51,405 bases of DNA from a virus (taxonomy: Duplodnaviria > Caudoviricetes), in IMG/VR virus record IMGVR_UViG_3300044475_000302, positions 1 through 51,405 of that record; one strand, 5' to 3'. A program made the translations under genes and the position numbers. Positions 1 to 9,623 of the stretch are shown one piece after another. Every line of letters starts with the position of its first letter. The first letter of the stretch is position 1. The notes beneath the pieces were generated by a model. The model saw nothing but the letters and a program-made list of their open reading frames with translations, was not told the origin of the DNA and made no database searches.

Positions 1-429
1 TCACTGCGCATGGTCGCGCACGCTGTACCGGACCACGCCCCAGACGACCAGGTCGTCACCCTCCATGATGTAGCGCGGGGGATACGCCGGGTTCTCCGAC
101 TTGAGGATCACCACCCCGTCACGGCGGTGTAGACGCTTGCATACAGGCTCGCTGTTGACGGCGGCAATCACGATGTCGTCGTGCTCGGCCTCGCGCCCCC
201 GGTCTACGATGACGATATCGCCCGAGTAGATGCCGGCGCCCTGCATGCTGTCGCCCTCCACTTTCACCAGATACACATGGGGCGCGCGGAGGTCGAACAG
301 TTCATCAAGCGAGATATGGCCTTCCAGGTGATCAGCCGCAGGCGACGGGAAACCGGCCGGGACGCGGAACGAGTAAAGCGGGATGGGTTCGGTGCCACCG
401 GTCGGCGCACCCAGGAAGGTGGTGGTCAT
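1..429 (-). CDS. umuD: UmuD/RulA-like S24 peptidase (DNA polymerase V subunit)
   Basis: VPAGFPSPAADH cleavage site, VEGDSM catalytic Ser, CKRL catalytic Lys; an overlapping ATG at 11 (M-R-S..) may start umuC/rulB beyond the window. Confidence 0.92.
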   Translation of the reverse strand: MTTTFLGAPTGGTEPIPLYSFRVPAGFPSPAADHLEGHISLDELFDLRAPHVYLVKVEGDSMQGAGIYSGDIVIVDRGREAEHDDIVIAAVNSEPVCKRLHRRDGVVILKSENPAYPPRYIMEGDDLVVWGVVRYSVRDHAQ

Positions 430-449
430 GGCGATAGGCTCGGAGAAAA

Positions 450-465
450 CTGTATGTATATACAG
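450..465. promoter_or_regulatory. LexA (SOS) box
   Basis: CTGTATGTATATACAG fits CTG-N10-CAG with alternating TA core; lies between divergent umuD and SRAP genes. Confidence 0.9.
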
Positions 466-531
466 TTAATCCAGCATCCGGCGCCCGGTCAATCCTGGGC
501 AACGATAATTCTGACGAGCGAGAGGTGGGGA

Positions 532-1221
532 ATGTGCGGGCGCTACTCGATCTTTGAGTCGATGGATCACTACCTGCGCCAGCTTTCGCTGGACCTGGTG
601 ATCATCAACGGCTACGACCACGAGCCAATTGTCCGGTACAACGTGGCGCCCTCGACGCGGGTCGAGGTAATCCGACAGGTTGAGGATGGACTGAGCGTGG
701 ATCGAGTGAAGTGGGGATGGTCGCCGTTTTGGGCGAAGGGGAAGCGTCCCGATCCGATCAATGCTCGGGCCGAAACGGTGGTGACGGGGAAGTTTTTCAA
801 GGGCCTGTGGCCAGCCGGCAGAGCCTTGGCGCCGGCCAATGGATGGTTCGAGTGGGTGACCGACCCTGCGGACCCGAAGCGAAAGCAACCGTACTACATC
901 ACCAGCACCGACGGCGCCCCGCTGTACTTCGCGGCGCTGGCCGAGGTGCACCAGGGCATCGAGCCGGACGAGCGCGACGGCTTTGTGATCATTACCGCTG
1001 CTGCTGATCAGGGGCTGATCGACATACACGACCGGAAGCCGTTGGTTCTAACGCCAGAGGTGGCGAGGGAATGGCTGAATCCAGCCACTTCAACCGACCA
1101 AGCGGCAGCGATTGTGGAAAGTGGGTGCCGGCCGGCCTCGGACTTCAGGTGGTATCCAGTGAGTAAAGCGGTGGGCAACGTGCGAAACCAAGGGCCAGAG
1201 CTAATCGATCCTGCTCAGTGA
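532..1221 (+). CDS. SOS response-associated peptidase (SRAP/YedK/HMCES family)
   Basis: True start MCGRY (catalytic Cys2) at 532 after GAGGTGG; YNVAPS, INARAET, IHDRKP, VGNVRN motifs. Confidence 0.92.
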   Translation: MCGRYSIFESMDHYLRQLSLDLVIINGYDHEPIVRYNVAPSTRVEVIRQVEDGLSVDRVKWGWSPFWAKGKRPDPINARAETVVTGKFFKGLWPAGRALAPANGWFEWVTDPADPKRKQPYYITSTDGAPLYFAALAEVHQGIEPDERDGFVIITAAADQGLIDIHDRKPLVLTPEVAREWLNPATSTDQAAAIVESGCRPASDFRWYPVSKAVGNVRNQGPELIDPAQ

Positions 1222-1424
1222 CGAATCAACGGCTGATGCCCCAGCGCGTACAACTGGTAGTCAGTCACGGCTTGGTAAGCTGACTCCGCGATCACGCGCA
1301 GACGCTCTATCTGCTCCACAGATTCGCCGGCGGCCTGGGCTTCGTGATATCTGCGAAGCGCGGCGATCGCCTCCTGTATCAGAGGCTCGCCCGCTTCGAT
1401 CATCCCTTCGACTGTGCGCTTCAC
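1215..1424 (-). CDS. Small hypothetical protein
   Basis: 69-aa helical ORF immediately downstream of the spanin. Confidence 0.6.
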   Translation of the reverse strand: MKRTVEGMIEAGEPLIQEAIAALRRYHEAQAAGESVEQIERLRVIAESAYQAVTDYQLYALGHQPLIRH

Positions 1425-1428
1425 TGCC

Positions 1429-1935
1429 CTACCCCGGTGGTTTGATCAGAGCATTATAGGCGCCCTCGCACGCCAACCCTGCTATTCGGGCGCCGTCATA
1501 CGCTTTCGCCAACTCTCCCGCTCGAGCATCAGCCCGTGCGAGCAGGTCGGAGAGCACCATTGCGGCGCGGGTGGCTGCTTCGCCTCGATCGGCAACTGCG
1601 GGATCCGGGCTGGAGCAACTGACGGAGGTCGCGAGATCTGTGGCTGCGTCGTGCAGCCGCTGGCCAGCAGCATCAGCGTCAGCAGCACCGGCATCAGCAG
1701 CCGCTTGTTGTTCATGAGCATTCGCCATTACCTCCTCATGCGCCTCGGCGCGTCGTTGTTCTTCCTGCCGCTCGCCGCGCTCGCCAAGCACTTCTGCCAG
1801 GCGGTCGCCGCTGTCACGCTGCGCGGAGGCCTGGCCAGCCTCTGCGCGCTCCACTGATCGACCGTGCTCATAGGCGCCCCAATACGAGGCGACGACCAGC
1901 AGCAGCGCGATTACGCGCACGCCCCAGCCGCTCAC
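1429..1935 (-). CDS. i-spanin (Rz-like, DUF2514-like)
   Basis: N-terminal TM helix, Ala-rich coiled coil, C-terminal Cys; overlaps the endolysin stop. Confidence 0.85.
   Translation of the reverse strand: MSGWGVRVIALLLVVASYWGAYEHGRSVERAEAGQASAQRDSGDRLAEVLGERGERQEEQRRAEAHEEVMANAHEQQAAADAGAADADAAGQRLHDAATDLATSVSCSSPDPAVADRGEAATRAAMVLSDLLARADARAGELAKAYDGARIAGLACEGAYNALIKPPG
1482..1721 (-). CDS. o-spanin lipoprotein (Rz1-like), embedded in Rz
   Basis: Signal peptide with lipobox LASGC and Pro-rich mature part; fully nested in another frame of Rz. Confidence 0.8.
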   Translation of the reverse strand: MLMNNKRLLMPVLLTLMLLASGCTTQPQISRPPSVAPARIPQLPIEAKQPPAPQWCSPTCSHGLMLERESWRKRMTAPE

Positions 1936-2561
1936 GCCAGCACCTTGAGCGCCAGTTCATACAGAGCCTTGCGCTCGGCATCGCCGTGCGGCACGCGGCC
2001 CGGCTGCCCGGTGTTGATGATGCTGCCGATGTCCCGGATGCGGCCGGCGTCGGCCAGTTCGTTCAGGCCGCGCTTCGCCCACCACCAGGCGGCGGACTGA
2101 GCGGCATGTTCGGCCTGTTCGAGCAGCTCGGGCTGATCTTCCAACGGGAGGCCCAATGCTTGGCCGGCGGCGCGGTAGTTGTCGCGGCCAGTGAGCTGGA
2201 TCAGGCCACGACCCTTGAAACGCCAACCGTCGCCGGTAGACTCCGGCCCGTTGCCCATCCGCCCGCCATACACCTTGTTGGCGATCTTCTCAGGCTGCCG
2301 GGCGTACGCGGCGGCGGTCTCTGGGGTGAACCGGCTTGGCCAGGTACGCATCAGAGCGTCGGCGCTGTAGTTCAGATTCTCAACCAGGTTGCGCAGCTGG
2401 CCCGATTCGTGGCCGATCTGTGCGAGGAAGGCCGCCATGCGCAGGCGGCTGTCGATCTTCCAACGCAGTGTGGCGCGGTTGATGGCGGGTACAAAAATGC
2501 CCGCGACTTGGCGGGCATTGGGGAGGATGCGCAGCAGCTGCTGCTCAGTGAGAGGTGTCAT
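1932..2561 (-). CDS. Endolysin, glycoside hydrolase family 19
   Basis: AAFLAQIGHESG, ENLNYS, GDGWRFKGRGLIQLTGRDNY motifs. Confidence 0.93.
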   Translation of the reverse strand: MTPLTEQQLLRILPNARQVAGIFVPAINRATLRWKIDSRLRMAAFLAQIGHESGQLRNLVENLNYSADALMRTWPSRFTPETAAAYARQPEKIANKVYGGRMGNGPESTGDGWRFKGRGLIQLTGRDNYRAAGQALGLPLEDQPELLEQAEHAAQSAAWWWAKRGLNELADAGRIRDIGSIINTGQPGRVPHGDAERKALYELALKVLA

Positions 2562-2575
2562 GCGTTTCTCCAGAC

Positions 2576-2600
2576 AAAAAAATACCGGCGCATGGCCGGT
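2576..2600 (-). terminator. Putative intrinsic terminator after the tail fibre gene
   Basis: ACCGG-N7-CCGGT hairpin followed by a T-run on the minus strand. Confidence 0.5.
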
Positions 2601-2621
2601 TGACGGGCTCAGGTGTTGCGG

Positions 2622-4193
2622 TCAGGCAGCTTCGAGCGCAGTCAGCCGGGCTTCAAGGCCAGCAGCGATGAAGGCCAGCAGGCCGTCCATGCGGAATGAG
2701 TATTTGTTTCCGGCAGGCACGACCACCTCCGTGTACGCCTCGCTGACCAGGGCGCCGTCGACGAAGCCGCCAGGCTCAATCTCACGACCTTCTTCGTCGA
2801 GGAGCGCAGGGGTGGCAACTTGCTCATACTGGGCCGGATGCTCGATGACCGTGTCTTCCCATTCGTCGAAGCAGATAAACGAGTAACCGAAGGGGTCAAG
2901 GCCGTGGGACTCCATGATCTCGACGGCCCGCTGCACGGTCATGCCGATGTGCTCGCGGGCGTCATCGCCCTTCTCGGCCACCGAGGCGAGAAACTTGTAC
3001 GCACCGATCTCCCGAGAAAGGTCTTTCGCCGCCGCCAGCTCGGCTTCGGTGAGACCCCGTACATCGGTCTTGTCGCGCGCATCGGATGTGTTGATCGTGC
3101 CAGTGCCGGCGTACACCGTAGACCAGCGCAGCGCCGAGTTGCCCAGCGTGAAGGAGTTGTCAGTGCGCGGACGAACGACACCGCCAAATACCACCGAGCC
3201 ATCGAAGTTCATCTCCATCGGGGTGGACTGGAGCGTACCGTCAGCCCGCGTGATCCACTGGAACGTCATGCGCCCGGAAGTGCCGCCCGTACTGTTCGCG
3301 GCCATGGCCGCTGCGTAAGTCGAGTTCTGGCTGAAAATCAACCGATTGCCGTTCGTGACACTGCCACTCCCCTGGAACTCCGCACAGTATGATGCCTGGG
3401 TGACGGCGCCCATGGTCCCAGCGTATACCGCCTTGCCACGGAATAGCATGCGAGTAGGGACAACCGAACCCGATACAGCGGCCTCGTCCACAACGCCAAG
3501 GATGTATGCCCCGGCGCCGTAGCCGCTGCCGTGGTATGGCACAAACTGGATACCGCCGACGGTATCGTCGATAGACGGCGGCGTGGGTTCAGCTGTGGTT
3601 CCACGGGACCGCAAGAAGTTGAACCTGCCCCCCCAGGCGCTTGTGGAGCTGGCCGAGATAAACTCGGCGACCATGTTCTCGTTCTTGGCGATAGAGATGA
3701 CTGGGCCTATGGCGACAGGCGCGTGCGTTACACCGCCGACAATCAGCGTGTCGGTCAGCGATGTGAGTGACAGGCTCTTCGCCTCCAATGTGCTTGTCGA
3801 CACGAGGGGGCCAGTCAGCGCACCGCCGGCGGATCCGAGGCCATAGTTCCAGGCATACCAGTTAGAACCGGATGGCCTGGATCGGGATGCAATGCGACCT
3901 GTCGCATGGTCGATGGCCACCTGCGTGATCACGTCGTCGAATGCAAGACTCACGCGCAGCTTGGCGCGACCGAACCCATCAGGGCGCCCCAATGCAGTCG
4001 CGGTGCCGATGAACTCGCCGGGCTGGTTTACGTCGTTGTAGTTTACGACCTCGCGCGTCTGGGCAATGGGCCCGCTGATGCCGGCGTCGTCGAGAAGTTT
4101 GAAGTTGTTGTTGATCCGCGTGAACGCAGTGCGCGGATCGTCGCCGTCCTGGCCGCTCGGCGGTGTTCCGAGCCGCACTTGATCTAGTGGCAT
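2622..4193 (-). CDS. Tail fibre/spike with C-terminal intramolecular chaperone (peptidase S74)
   Basis: N-terminal GDDPRTAFTRINNNF anchor; RWSTVYAGTGTINTSDARDKT autocleavage motif; C-terminal coiled coil. Confidence 0.88.
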   Translation of the reverse strand: MPLDQVRLGTPPSGQDGDDPRTAFTRINNNFKLLDDAGISGPIAQTREVVNYNDVNQPGEFIGTATALGRPDGFGRAKLRVSLAFDDVITQVAIDHATGRIASRSRPSGSNWYAWNYGLGSAGGALTGPLVSTSTLEAKSLSLTSLTDTLIVGGVTHAPVAIGPVISIAKNENMVAEFISASSTSAWGGRFNFLRSRGTTAEPTPPSIDDTVGGIQFVPYHGSGYGAGAYILGVVDEAAVSGSVVPTRMLFRGKAVYAGTMGAVTQASYCAEFQGSGSVTNGNRLIFSQNSTYAAAMAANSTGGTSGRMTFQWITRADGTLQSTPMEMNFDGSVVFGGVVRPRTDNSFTLGNSALRWSTVYAGTGTINTSDARDKTDVRGLTEAELAAAKDLSREIGAYKFLASVAEKGDDAREHIGMTVQRAVEIMESHGLDPFGYSFICFDEWEDTVIEHPAQYEQVATPALLDEEGREIEPGGFVDGALVSEAYTEVVVPAGNKYSFRMDGLLAFIAAGLEARLTALEAA

Positions 4194-4202
4194 GCCCCCC
4201 CC

Positions 4203-4907
4203 TCAAAGGTTTGTAATATCAGCAAAAATGAGGTCCCCGCCAACTATGACATCAATGGTTGTAGGTGGAGGGGCGCCAGTAACTGGAATTTCGGAGTAGT
4301 CGTATATCTCTTCTGGGAGCGCTGACACCTTCCCGATGACCGACGTATTGAATCTAGGGCTGCTGTACTGCCTAGTAACAAAAGATAGATCTGGGATATC
4401 TGGAGATCGATACCCACTCTGCACAAGAGTACCGCTCCACTGCCCAAAAATTATTCCGTATTTTCGTCCAGGCTGAAGCTCGTATGTCCGCGAGCCCGTT
4501 ACTTGCTGTGGTGCGGAGCTATGAACAGTCAAGAAATCAGAAGCTGCATCGAATACCAGGCTTCCAGACTCACTAAACAATTGCATTCCATATCCGCTGT
4601 CCGGTGGCGCATCCTGCCTAAATGTGTGGCCAGTTACGACTTGACTGGCGTTCGGCGTAACCACAGCAACTATGAATTCGTTAGATGACGACGCCCTAAT
4701 CCTGCCTATTTGAAAAGGGCCATTCGATGAAATCGCTATCACGTCGCCCATCTTCAAAGAAAACACTGCTGCCTGAAAAGCTAGCCCCCAGCTACCGCCT
4801 CCTCCCCTCACTTTCGACTGCTTATTAACCAGCCTGAAGTTAGTGAACCGATCATCAATTTGAAGGAAGTCATCTTGATTGTAAACCTGAATCCCGGCAC
4901 GCATCAA
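4203..4907 (-). CDS. Tail-tip accessory protein
   Basis: Two AGIQVYN / YGMQLFSESGSLVFD-type repeats typical of genes following J; AT-rich. Confidence 0.7.
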   Translation of the reverse strand: MMRAGIQVYNQDDFLQIDDRFTNFRLVNKQSKVRGGGGSWGLAFQAAVFSLKMGDVIAISSNGPFQIGRIRASSSNEFIVAVVTPNASQVVTGHTFRQDAPPDSGYGMQLFSESGSLVFDAASDFLTVHSSAPQQVTGSRTYELQPGRKYGIIFGQWSGTLVQSGYRSPDIPDLSFVTRQYSSPRFNTSVIGKVSALPEEIYDYSEIPVTGAPPPTTIDVIVGGDLIFADITNL

Positions 4908-5188
4908 AACACCCCATAAGTCACATACGCTGGCGATTGATTGTTACTCGTGAACCTCCAAATCAGCGATTGCCCATCAATACTTATTATAGGAGTAAAC
5001 CCTGTATAAGACCCTGAGTTCGCCAGCGCAATTACTGTATACCAAGGTTTTCCCTCCAAAAACCTTGAATCGATGATCGACCCGTTGCTAGACCCAGTGT
5101 AAATAGTTCCCATAGGAAGGCCAACGCGTGACACAAGCGATAGTTTTGAAGTCCCGTCAGCCCTGAATATTTCCAACCCAGCCGGCAT
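4904..5188 (-). CDS. Small tail-tip accessory protein
   Basis: MPAGLEIFRADG start with GAGGAGG RBS; ends VTYGVF; position after J. Confidence 0.7.
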   Translation of the reverse strand: MPAGLEIFRADGTSKLSLVSRVGLPMGTIYTGSSNGSIIDSRFLEGKPWYTVIALANSGSYTGFTPIISIDGQSLIWRFTSNNQSPAYVTYGVF

Positions 5189-5202
5189 GTTGCACGCCTC
5201 CT

Positions 5203-8200
5203 CTATGACCAAACACCAAGTCTCACACGGAGAGTATCAGCAGAGTCAAAAACCTGAATCAGCTTATTGGTCATTGTCAATCTACCGCCACCTTCTGACG
5301 GCCCATTCACCTCGAACTCATTTGTTACAAAATTAATTCTGATACCCTTTTCCCCCTGAACATAGTCAGAAGACTTAAGTTCTCCAGTTATAATCAGATT
5401 GATGATATCGGCCTGGTTGATGATCGCGCTGTTCATGAACACCTGGCCGTTGTTAATCGCAAAGACCGACTTCGGCGTGCCGCCTGGCTGGTTCATGACG
5501 GAGAAGAGGTTCGCCAAGAAGACGATCATCGACTGCATACCATCCGGCGTGTTCTCAACGCTGACGCCCATCCCGGCGCCGTAGTAGACGCCGTTCACGT
5601 CCACGCCGACTTTGATGTTTCGCGTGGCGCGAAGCTCGCCATCAACTCCGACCAGCGCCTCAGCGGTATCCTCGGCCATGGCCCTGGTGCCGTCGAGTTC
5701 AGTGCTTAACGCTGCAACCTGCTGTGCCCGAGCCTCCTCTTCATTCGCCACAGCCTGGGCGACGTTCTGAACACTGCTTTCAGTCTCGCCGACCCGCGCC
5801 GTCAGGGACTCCGATACGCTCGAAAGCGCTGAGACGTCATCAGTGAGCGTCTCCGTTGTGCGCACCACGCGCGCCAGGTTGCCGTCTACTTGAGCCTTGA
5901 CCTCGTCCACCTGTTTTGCGATTGCCATGTCGCCGGCAGCGAAGGCCGAGTAGATCGACCATGCTCCGGCGTAAGAGCCGGTTTCGCCTGGACGCCAGCC
6001 GTCGATTGCGCCAGCCATGTTCGGCGCGACTGCGGCCTCTACGCCCAGCATCCTAATTGCGATGGCCGTCAGTTCGCCGTTTATCTCCTCAACGCTGGTC
6101 TCGACGTTATCGACCCGCACCGCCAGAGCGGTAACTAAATCACCGAGGCTGGCGTAGTCGCCCAGGTACTCCCAGAACGCGGCGTCGGCCACCGGCGTGC
6201 CGGTCGGAACATCGATCTTTGCGCGGTACAGCTTGCCGTCGAGCTTGACCAGCGAGCCGGCCAGGTAGGCCTCGGTTTCGTCCCAGTCGGGCGCCCCGGC
6301 CAAGTCTGCAAGCTGAGACGACAGCGAATCGATCTGGCTTTGCAGCACTTGATCGCCAGCTTGCAGTCGTTCGTTGACCGAACCGGCGCCGTCGCCACTG
6401 ATCTTGCCGATCTCCCCAGCCAGCTGTTGGCCTAGGTGGCTTTCGTTGATCTTGCCGTCCAGATACTCCAGCAGCTCAGCCGCGTCGGCACTGGACTGCC
6501 CGTAGATCCAGTCGGACCAAGGCCCGATGTTGCCGGTCCTGTCGACGAGGCGCGCCCGGAAGAACCGGACAACACCGGCAGCCATACCGGAATGCAGATA
6601 GGTCGAGGTCGGATAGGCCATATCGCCCAGCTCAACCGGGTTCTGCCCTGTGCTCTCCGATGCCATCTGGAACTGGGTATACTCCGTATCCCCTGCTCCC
6701 TCCGGGAAACCCCATACCAGTCGGATACCAAAGATCTCGCTGGTGGTGCGAAGGAACGCTACCGCCGGCGGCGGCGTGGTCTTGCCCTGCACATCGGTGA
6801 GCATCGAGCTGGTGGGTAGCGAGGAGACCTCCATCGAGTTCACCGCACGCACGCGCGCCAGGTACTGGCCGGCGTACACCCCACGGATATCGACCAGCAG
6901 CTCGCCGGTGCGCGGCACCTTCACCCAGTCGCGATCGCCCCACTTCCATTCGACATCGTAGGCAACCGCACCAGGTGCAGCGTCCCAGGCGATCGTCATC
7001 GTGGTGATCGCAATACCCTGGTCGATGGCGGCGCTGTCGCTGATCAGCACCCGGGCCGGCGCCTCCTGCACGCCCGGTGGCAACGCGCTGACCGGACGAT
7101 CATCAATCATCGCGCCGTTGTCGATGTAGTCGAACTTGCTGGGCTCATGCTGGATCAGCTCGAGTTGGAACTGGTGCCACTCCGGCCGCGTGACGTTGCG
7201 GACGTAGAACTGCATGACCTTGAGGTCGTCGTAATCGAGCACCCAGCCGCATTCGGCCTCGGGCGCCTCGCTGTAGTCGGCCATGACGGTGACCGCCCGC
7301 CCCGCTACCGAGCGCACCTGCCGGGCCTCGGACTTGCCGCTTGGCAGGTTGACCAGCAGGCGGGCACCCGTGGGCATCTCTACATCACGATCCAGTGTGA
7401 TCACCCGGCCCGCCGCGGCCGCGATACGGCCGCCATTGGCGCGGCCGGCGAACATAGGGTCGGCCAGGGAGATTACGGTGCCGGGCTTGGGGATGTAGCC
7501 GTCCAGACCAACCCGCGCGGAGGCCGAGCGCAGCTGCAGTTGCTCGGACAGCAACGCCCACTTGCCGGCGCGCTGCGCCTGCCCGCGGGAGGTGCACCCC
7601 ACCGCCTCCACCGAGGTCTCACGGACCCCATACTCCGCAACCGCGTCCTCATCGAACACCGGCTCCTTGTCGGTTTCGAAGCCCTGATCCGGATCGTCGA
7701 ACGAGACCATGGCCAGGCTGTTACGGTCTCGCCACTTGCTGCCTACATACTTGATGGCGCCATCGCCGATGATCTGCGAAGTCGCGTAGTTGTAGACCGG
7801 ATCCTGCGGCATGTCGGCGTTCACGGTGATCTGGTTGCCGTCCCAATAGGCCAGCCCGTGGAAAATCGCCGCCAGGTCTTGCAGAACCGCCCAGGCGTCG
7901 GCCTGCTTCTGCAGGTAGAGGTTGCAGGTGAATCGCGGCTCCTCGCCGCCCTTGCCGTCAGGCACAAACTGGTCGCAGTACTGCGCGATACGGTACAGGG
8001 CCCAGCGGTTGATCATGGTCTGGTCGATGCGGTCGCCCAGGCCGTAGTACGGATTCAGCGCCAGGTCGTAGAACACCCAAGCCGGGTTGTTGGTGTAGGC
8101 CTCTTTGAAAGAGCCGTCCCAGATCCCTCCGCTGGTGCCAGCGCCACTGGTGGCGTAGGTCCGCGACTCCGGGTCGTAGTTCATCGGCACGCGCACGATC

Positions 8201-8985
8201 CGGCCGCGCATCAGGACCGCGATTTTGGCGATATCGCCGCCGAACGCCTGGGCGTCATACTCAACACAGCTGACGGCGGTCAGCGGGTACTCTTGGTCGC
8301 TGTCGACAACTTCGGCCACGGCCTCGACATACATCCCGTCCTGCACCAGGGAGCTGCCAGAATTCGCCGATGTGCGCCGCGCGCGCACGGTCCACCTGCT
8401 GCCCTCTGGAAGCTCGATGCGGTGCGAGCGCTCGTACTTCGTGACGTTCTTGCGCGATACCGAAGACGCCAAAAGCTCCACAAATGGGCCGCCATCGGTG
8501 GAAACATCGATGGCATAGCGAACGGTCACGCCGCTGATGTTGCCGGCCGAGTCCTGAGCCTGGAGGACCGGCCAGCTAAACCGCACGCGCACAGCATCAA
8601 CCATCGGGTTGGTTATCGTGTGCAGCCAGGGGGTCGTGTTCCGCAGCTCCTGCTGAACATCGATCTCGTTACTGGATTCGGTCACGCCCTCGAGGCGCTC
8701 CTGGTTCAGCTCGCCATTCCGAAACTGCCACTTCACCCCGGGGAAGTTGATCGTTCCGTCTTCGGACTGGATAGGCGTGCCGTCGAGGCGCACCGACCGC
8801 AGGCCATTGACCGGCCCGACAATAGGCCCCCAGCTCCAGAGGTAGAGCATCCTCGCCGTGGCAATGGACGGAATGCTGTTGGCGGCGATTGTTGGCTGGC
8901 GCTGCTTTTTGCTGCCGCTTTTGGCGCCGGACACTCTGCGCCGCTGCGCAGGTGCAGCCCTCGGCTTGCGCTTCACTGAGGTCAT
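5203..8985 (-). CDS. Central tail fibre / host specificity protein (lambda J-like)
   Basis: 1260 aa; YTNNPAWVFYD, EPRFTCNLY, GCTSRGQAQRAGKW motifs; Fn3-like segments; C-terminal coiled coil. Confidence 0.93.
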   Translation of the reverse strand: MTSVKRKPRAAPAQRRRVSGAKSGSKKQRQPTIAANSIPSIATARMLYLWSWGPIVGPVNGLRSVRLDGTPIQSEDGTINFPGVKWQFRNGELNQERLEGVTESSNEIDVQQELRNTTPWLHTITNPMVDAVRVRFSWPVLQAQDSAGNISGVTVRYAIDVSTDGGPFVELLASSVSRKNVTKYERSHRIELPEGSRWTVRARRTSANSGSSLVQDGMYVEAVAEVVDSDQEYPLTAVSCVEYDAQAFGGDIAKIAVLMRGRIVRVPMNYDPESRTYATSGAGTSGGIWDGSFKEAYTNNPAWVFYDLALNPYYGLGDRIDQTMINRWALYRIAQYCDQFVPDGKGGEEPRFTCNLYLQKQADAWAVLQDLAAIFHGLAYWDGNQITVNADMPQDPVYNYATSQIIGDGAIKYVGSKWRDRNSLAMVSFDDPDQGFETDKEPVFDEDAVAEYGVRETSVEAVGCTSRGQAQRAGKWALLSEQLQLRSASARVGLDGYIPKPGTVISLADPMFAGRANGGRIAAAAGRVITLDRDVEMPTGARLLVNLPSGKSEARQVRSVAGRAVTVMADYSEAPEAECGWVLDYDDLKVMQFYVRNVTRPEWHQFQLELIQHEPSKFDYIDNGAMIDDRPVSALPPGVQEAPARVLISDSAAIDQGIAITTMTIAWDAAPGAVAYDVEWKWGDRDWVKVPRTGELLVDIRGVYAGQYLARVRAVNSMEVSSLPTSSMLTDVQGKTTPPPAVAFLRTTSEIFGIRLVWGFPEGAGDTEYTQFQMASESTGQNPVELGDMAYPTSTYLHSGMAAGVVRFFRARLVDRTGNIGPWSDWIYGQSSADAAELLEYLDGKINESHLGQQLAGEIGKISGDGAGSVNERLQAGDQVLQSQIDSLSSQLADLAGAPDWDETEAYLAGSLVKLDGKLYRAKIDVPTGTPVADAAFWEYLGDYASLGDLVTALAVRVDNVETSVEEINGELTAIAIRMLGVEAAVAPNMAGAIDGWRPGETGSYAGAWSIYSAFAAGDMAIAKQVDEVKAQVDGNLARVVRTTETLTDDVSALSSVSESLTARVGETESSVQNVAQAVANEEEARAQQVAALSTELDGTRAMAEDTAEALVGVDGELRATRNIKVGVDVNGVYYGAGMGVSVENTPDGMQSMIVFLANLFSVMNQPGGTPKSVFAINNGQVFMNSAIINQADIINLIITGELKSSDYVQGEKGIRINFVTNEFEVNGPSEGGGRLTMTNKLIQVFDSADTLRVRLGVWS

Positions 8986-9002
8986 TCACATCTCCAAGGC
9001 AC

Positions 9003-9024
9003 AAAAAAGCCCGCTTCTGCGGGC
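9003..9024 (-). terminator. Intrinsic terminator between I and J
   Basis: GCCCGC-AGAA-GCGGGC-TTTTTT on the minus strand. Confidence 0.7.
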
Positions 9025-9038
9025 CGCGTAAACAGGCG

Positions 9039-9623
9039 TTACTTTCTGTCTTGCGTGTAGATCCCGCCGGACTCGACGGCGCCGCCGATCTCGCGCTCGC
9101 CGTACAGCACCGGGTAGGGGTTGCCCTGGGCGATAGTGGTGACCGCCGAGCCAAAGCCGTAGCTGGGGTTGTTGCCATCCTCGTTCCGGTCCAGGCTTCC
9201 GGTTTGCGGCATCGGCGACAGCATTTGCACCACACCACCCAGCGCCAGGCCTGCGCCGCCCGCCATCAGCCCAACACCGATTGCAGAGGTCGTGCCGAAG
9301 GTGAAGTAGCCGACGGCGATCAGCACAACCCCGAGAATGGTTTGGAATAGGCCGGCGGTCTTGGAGCCCTGGATGATGGGGGCGATGCGGATATCACCAG
9401 CGTCCGCCCCCTTCAGCTCCAGGTCTTCGGCTCTGAGATTGCGCTGGCCGGAGAAAACGGTGAACACCAGGCCGCGCTCCTCGCCTGTGGCGATGAACTT
9501 CTCGAACCCCGGCACCATCATGCAAAGCGCCTGGATCGCCTCCTGCGGGCTGGCCACATCGAGCACATACTCGCGCCCGAAGTGCTTGCGCAGCACCCCG
9601 TACAGCTTGATGGTGCGCTTCAT
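9039..9623 (-). CDS. Tail assembly protein (lambda I-like)
   Basis: MKRTIKLYGVLRKHFGR start; QGNPYPVLYGE motif. Confidence 0.88.
   Translation of the reverse strand: MKRTIKLYGVLRKHFGREYVLDVASPQEAIQALCMMVPGFEKFIATGEERGLVFTVFSGQRNLRAEDLELKGADAGDIRIAPIIQGSKTAGLFQTILGVVLIAVGYFTFGTTSAIGVGLMAGGAGLALGGVVQMLSPMPQTGSLDRNEDGNNPSYGFGSAVTTIAQGNPYPVLYGEREIGGAVESGGIYTQDRK

Noticed and set aside
181-531. N-terminal extension of the SRAP ORF (likewise 10403-10843 for K and 9624-9818 for I)
   Set aside because: Overlaps neighbouring genes; family-typical starts lie downstream
7147-8979. 610-aa plus-strand ORF (likewise 12582-14054, 19086-20435, 22653-24161, 29007-30035)
   Set aside because: Antisense shadows of well-supported genes, expected from high-GC codon bias; no motifs
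2622-8985. Tail fibre or J as a remote DGR target
   Set aside because: No copy of the TR core (GAGCGTCTCGTCCGCCCCGTCCGCAG or the RLVRPVR peptide) was seen there by eye; a BLASTN of TR against the window would confirm
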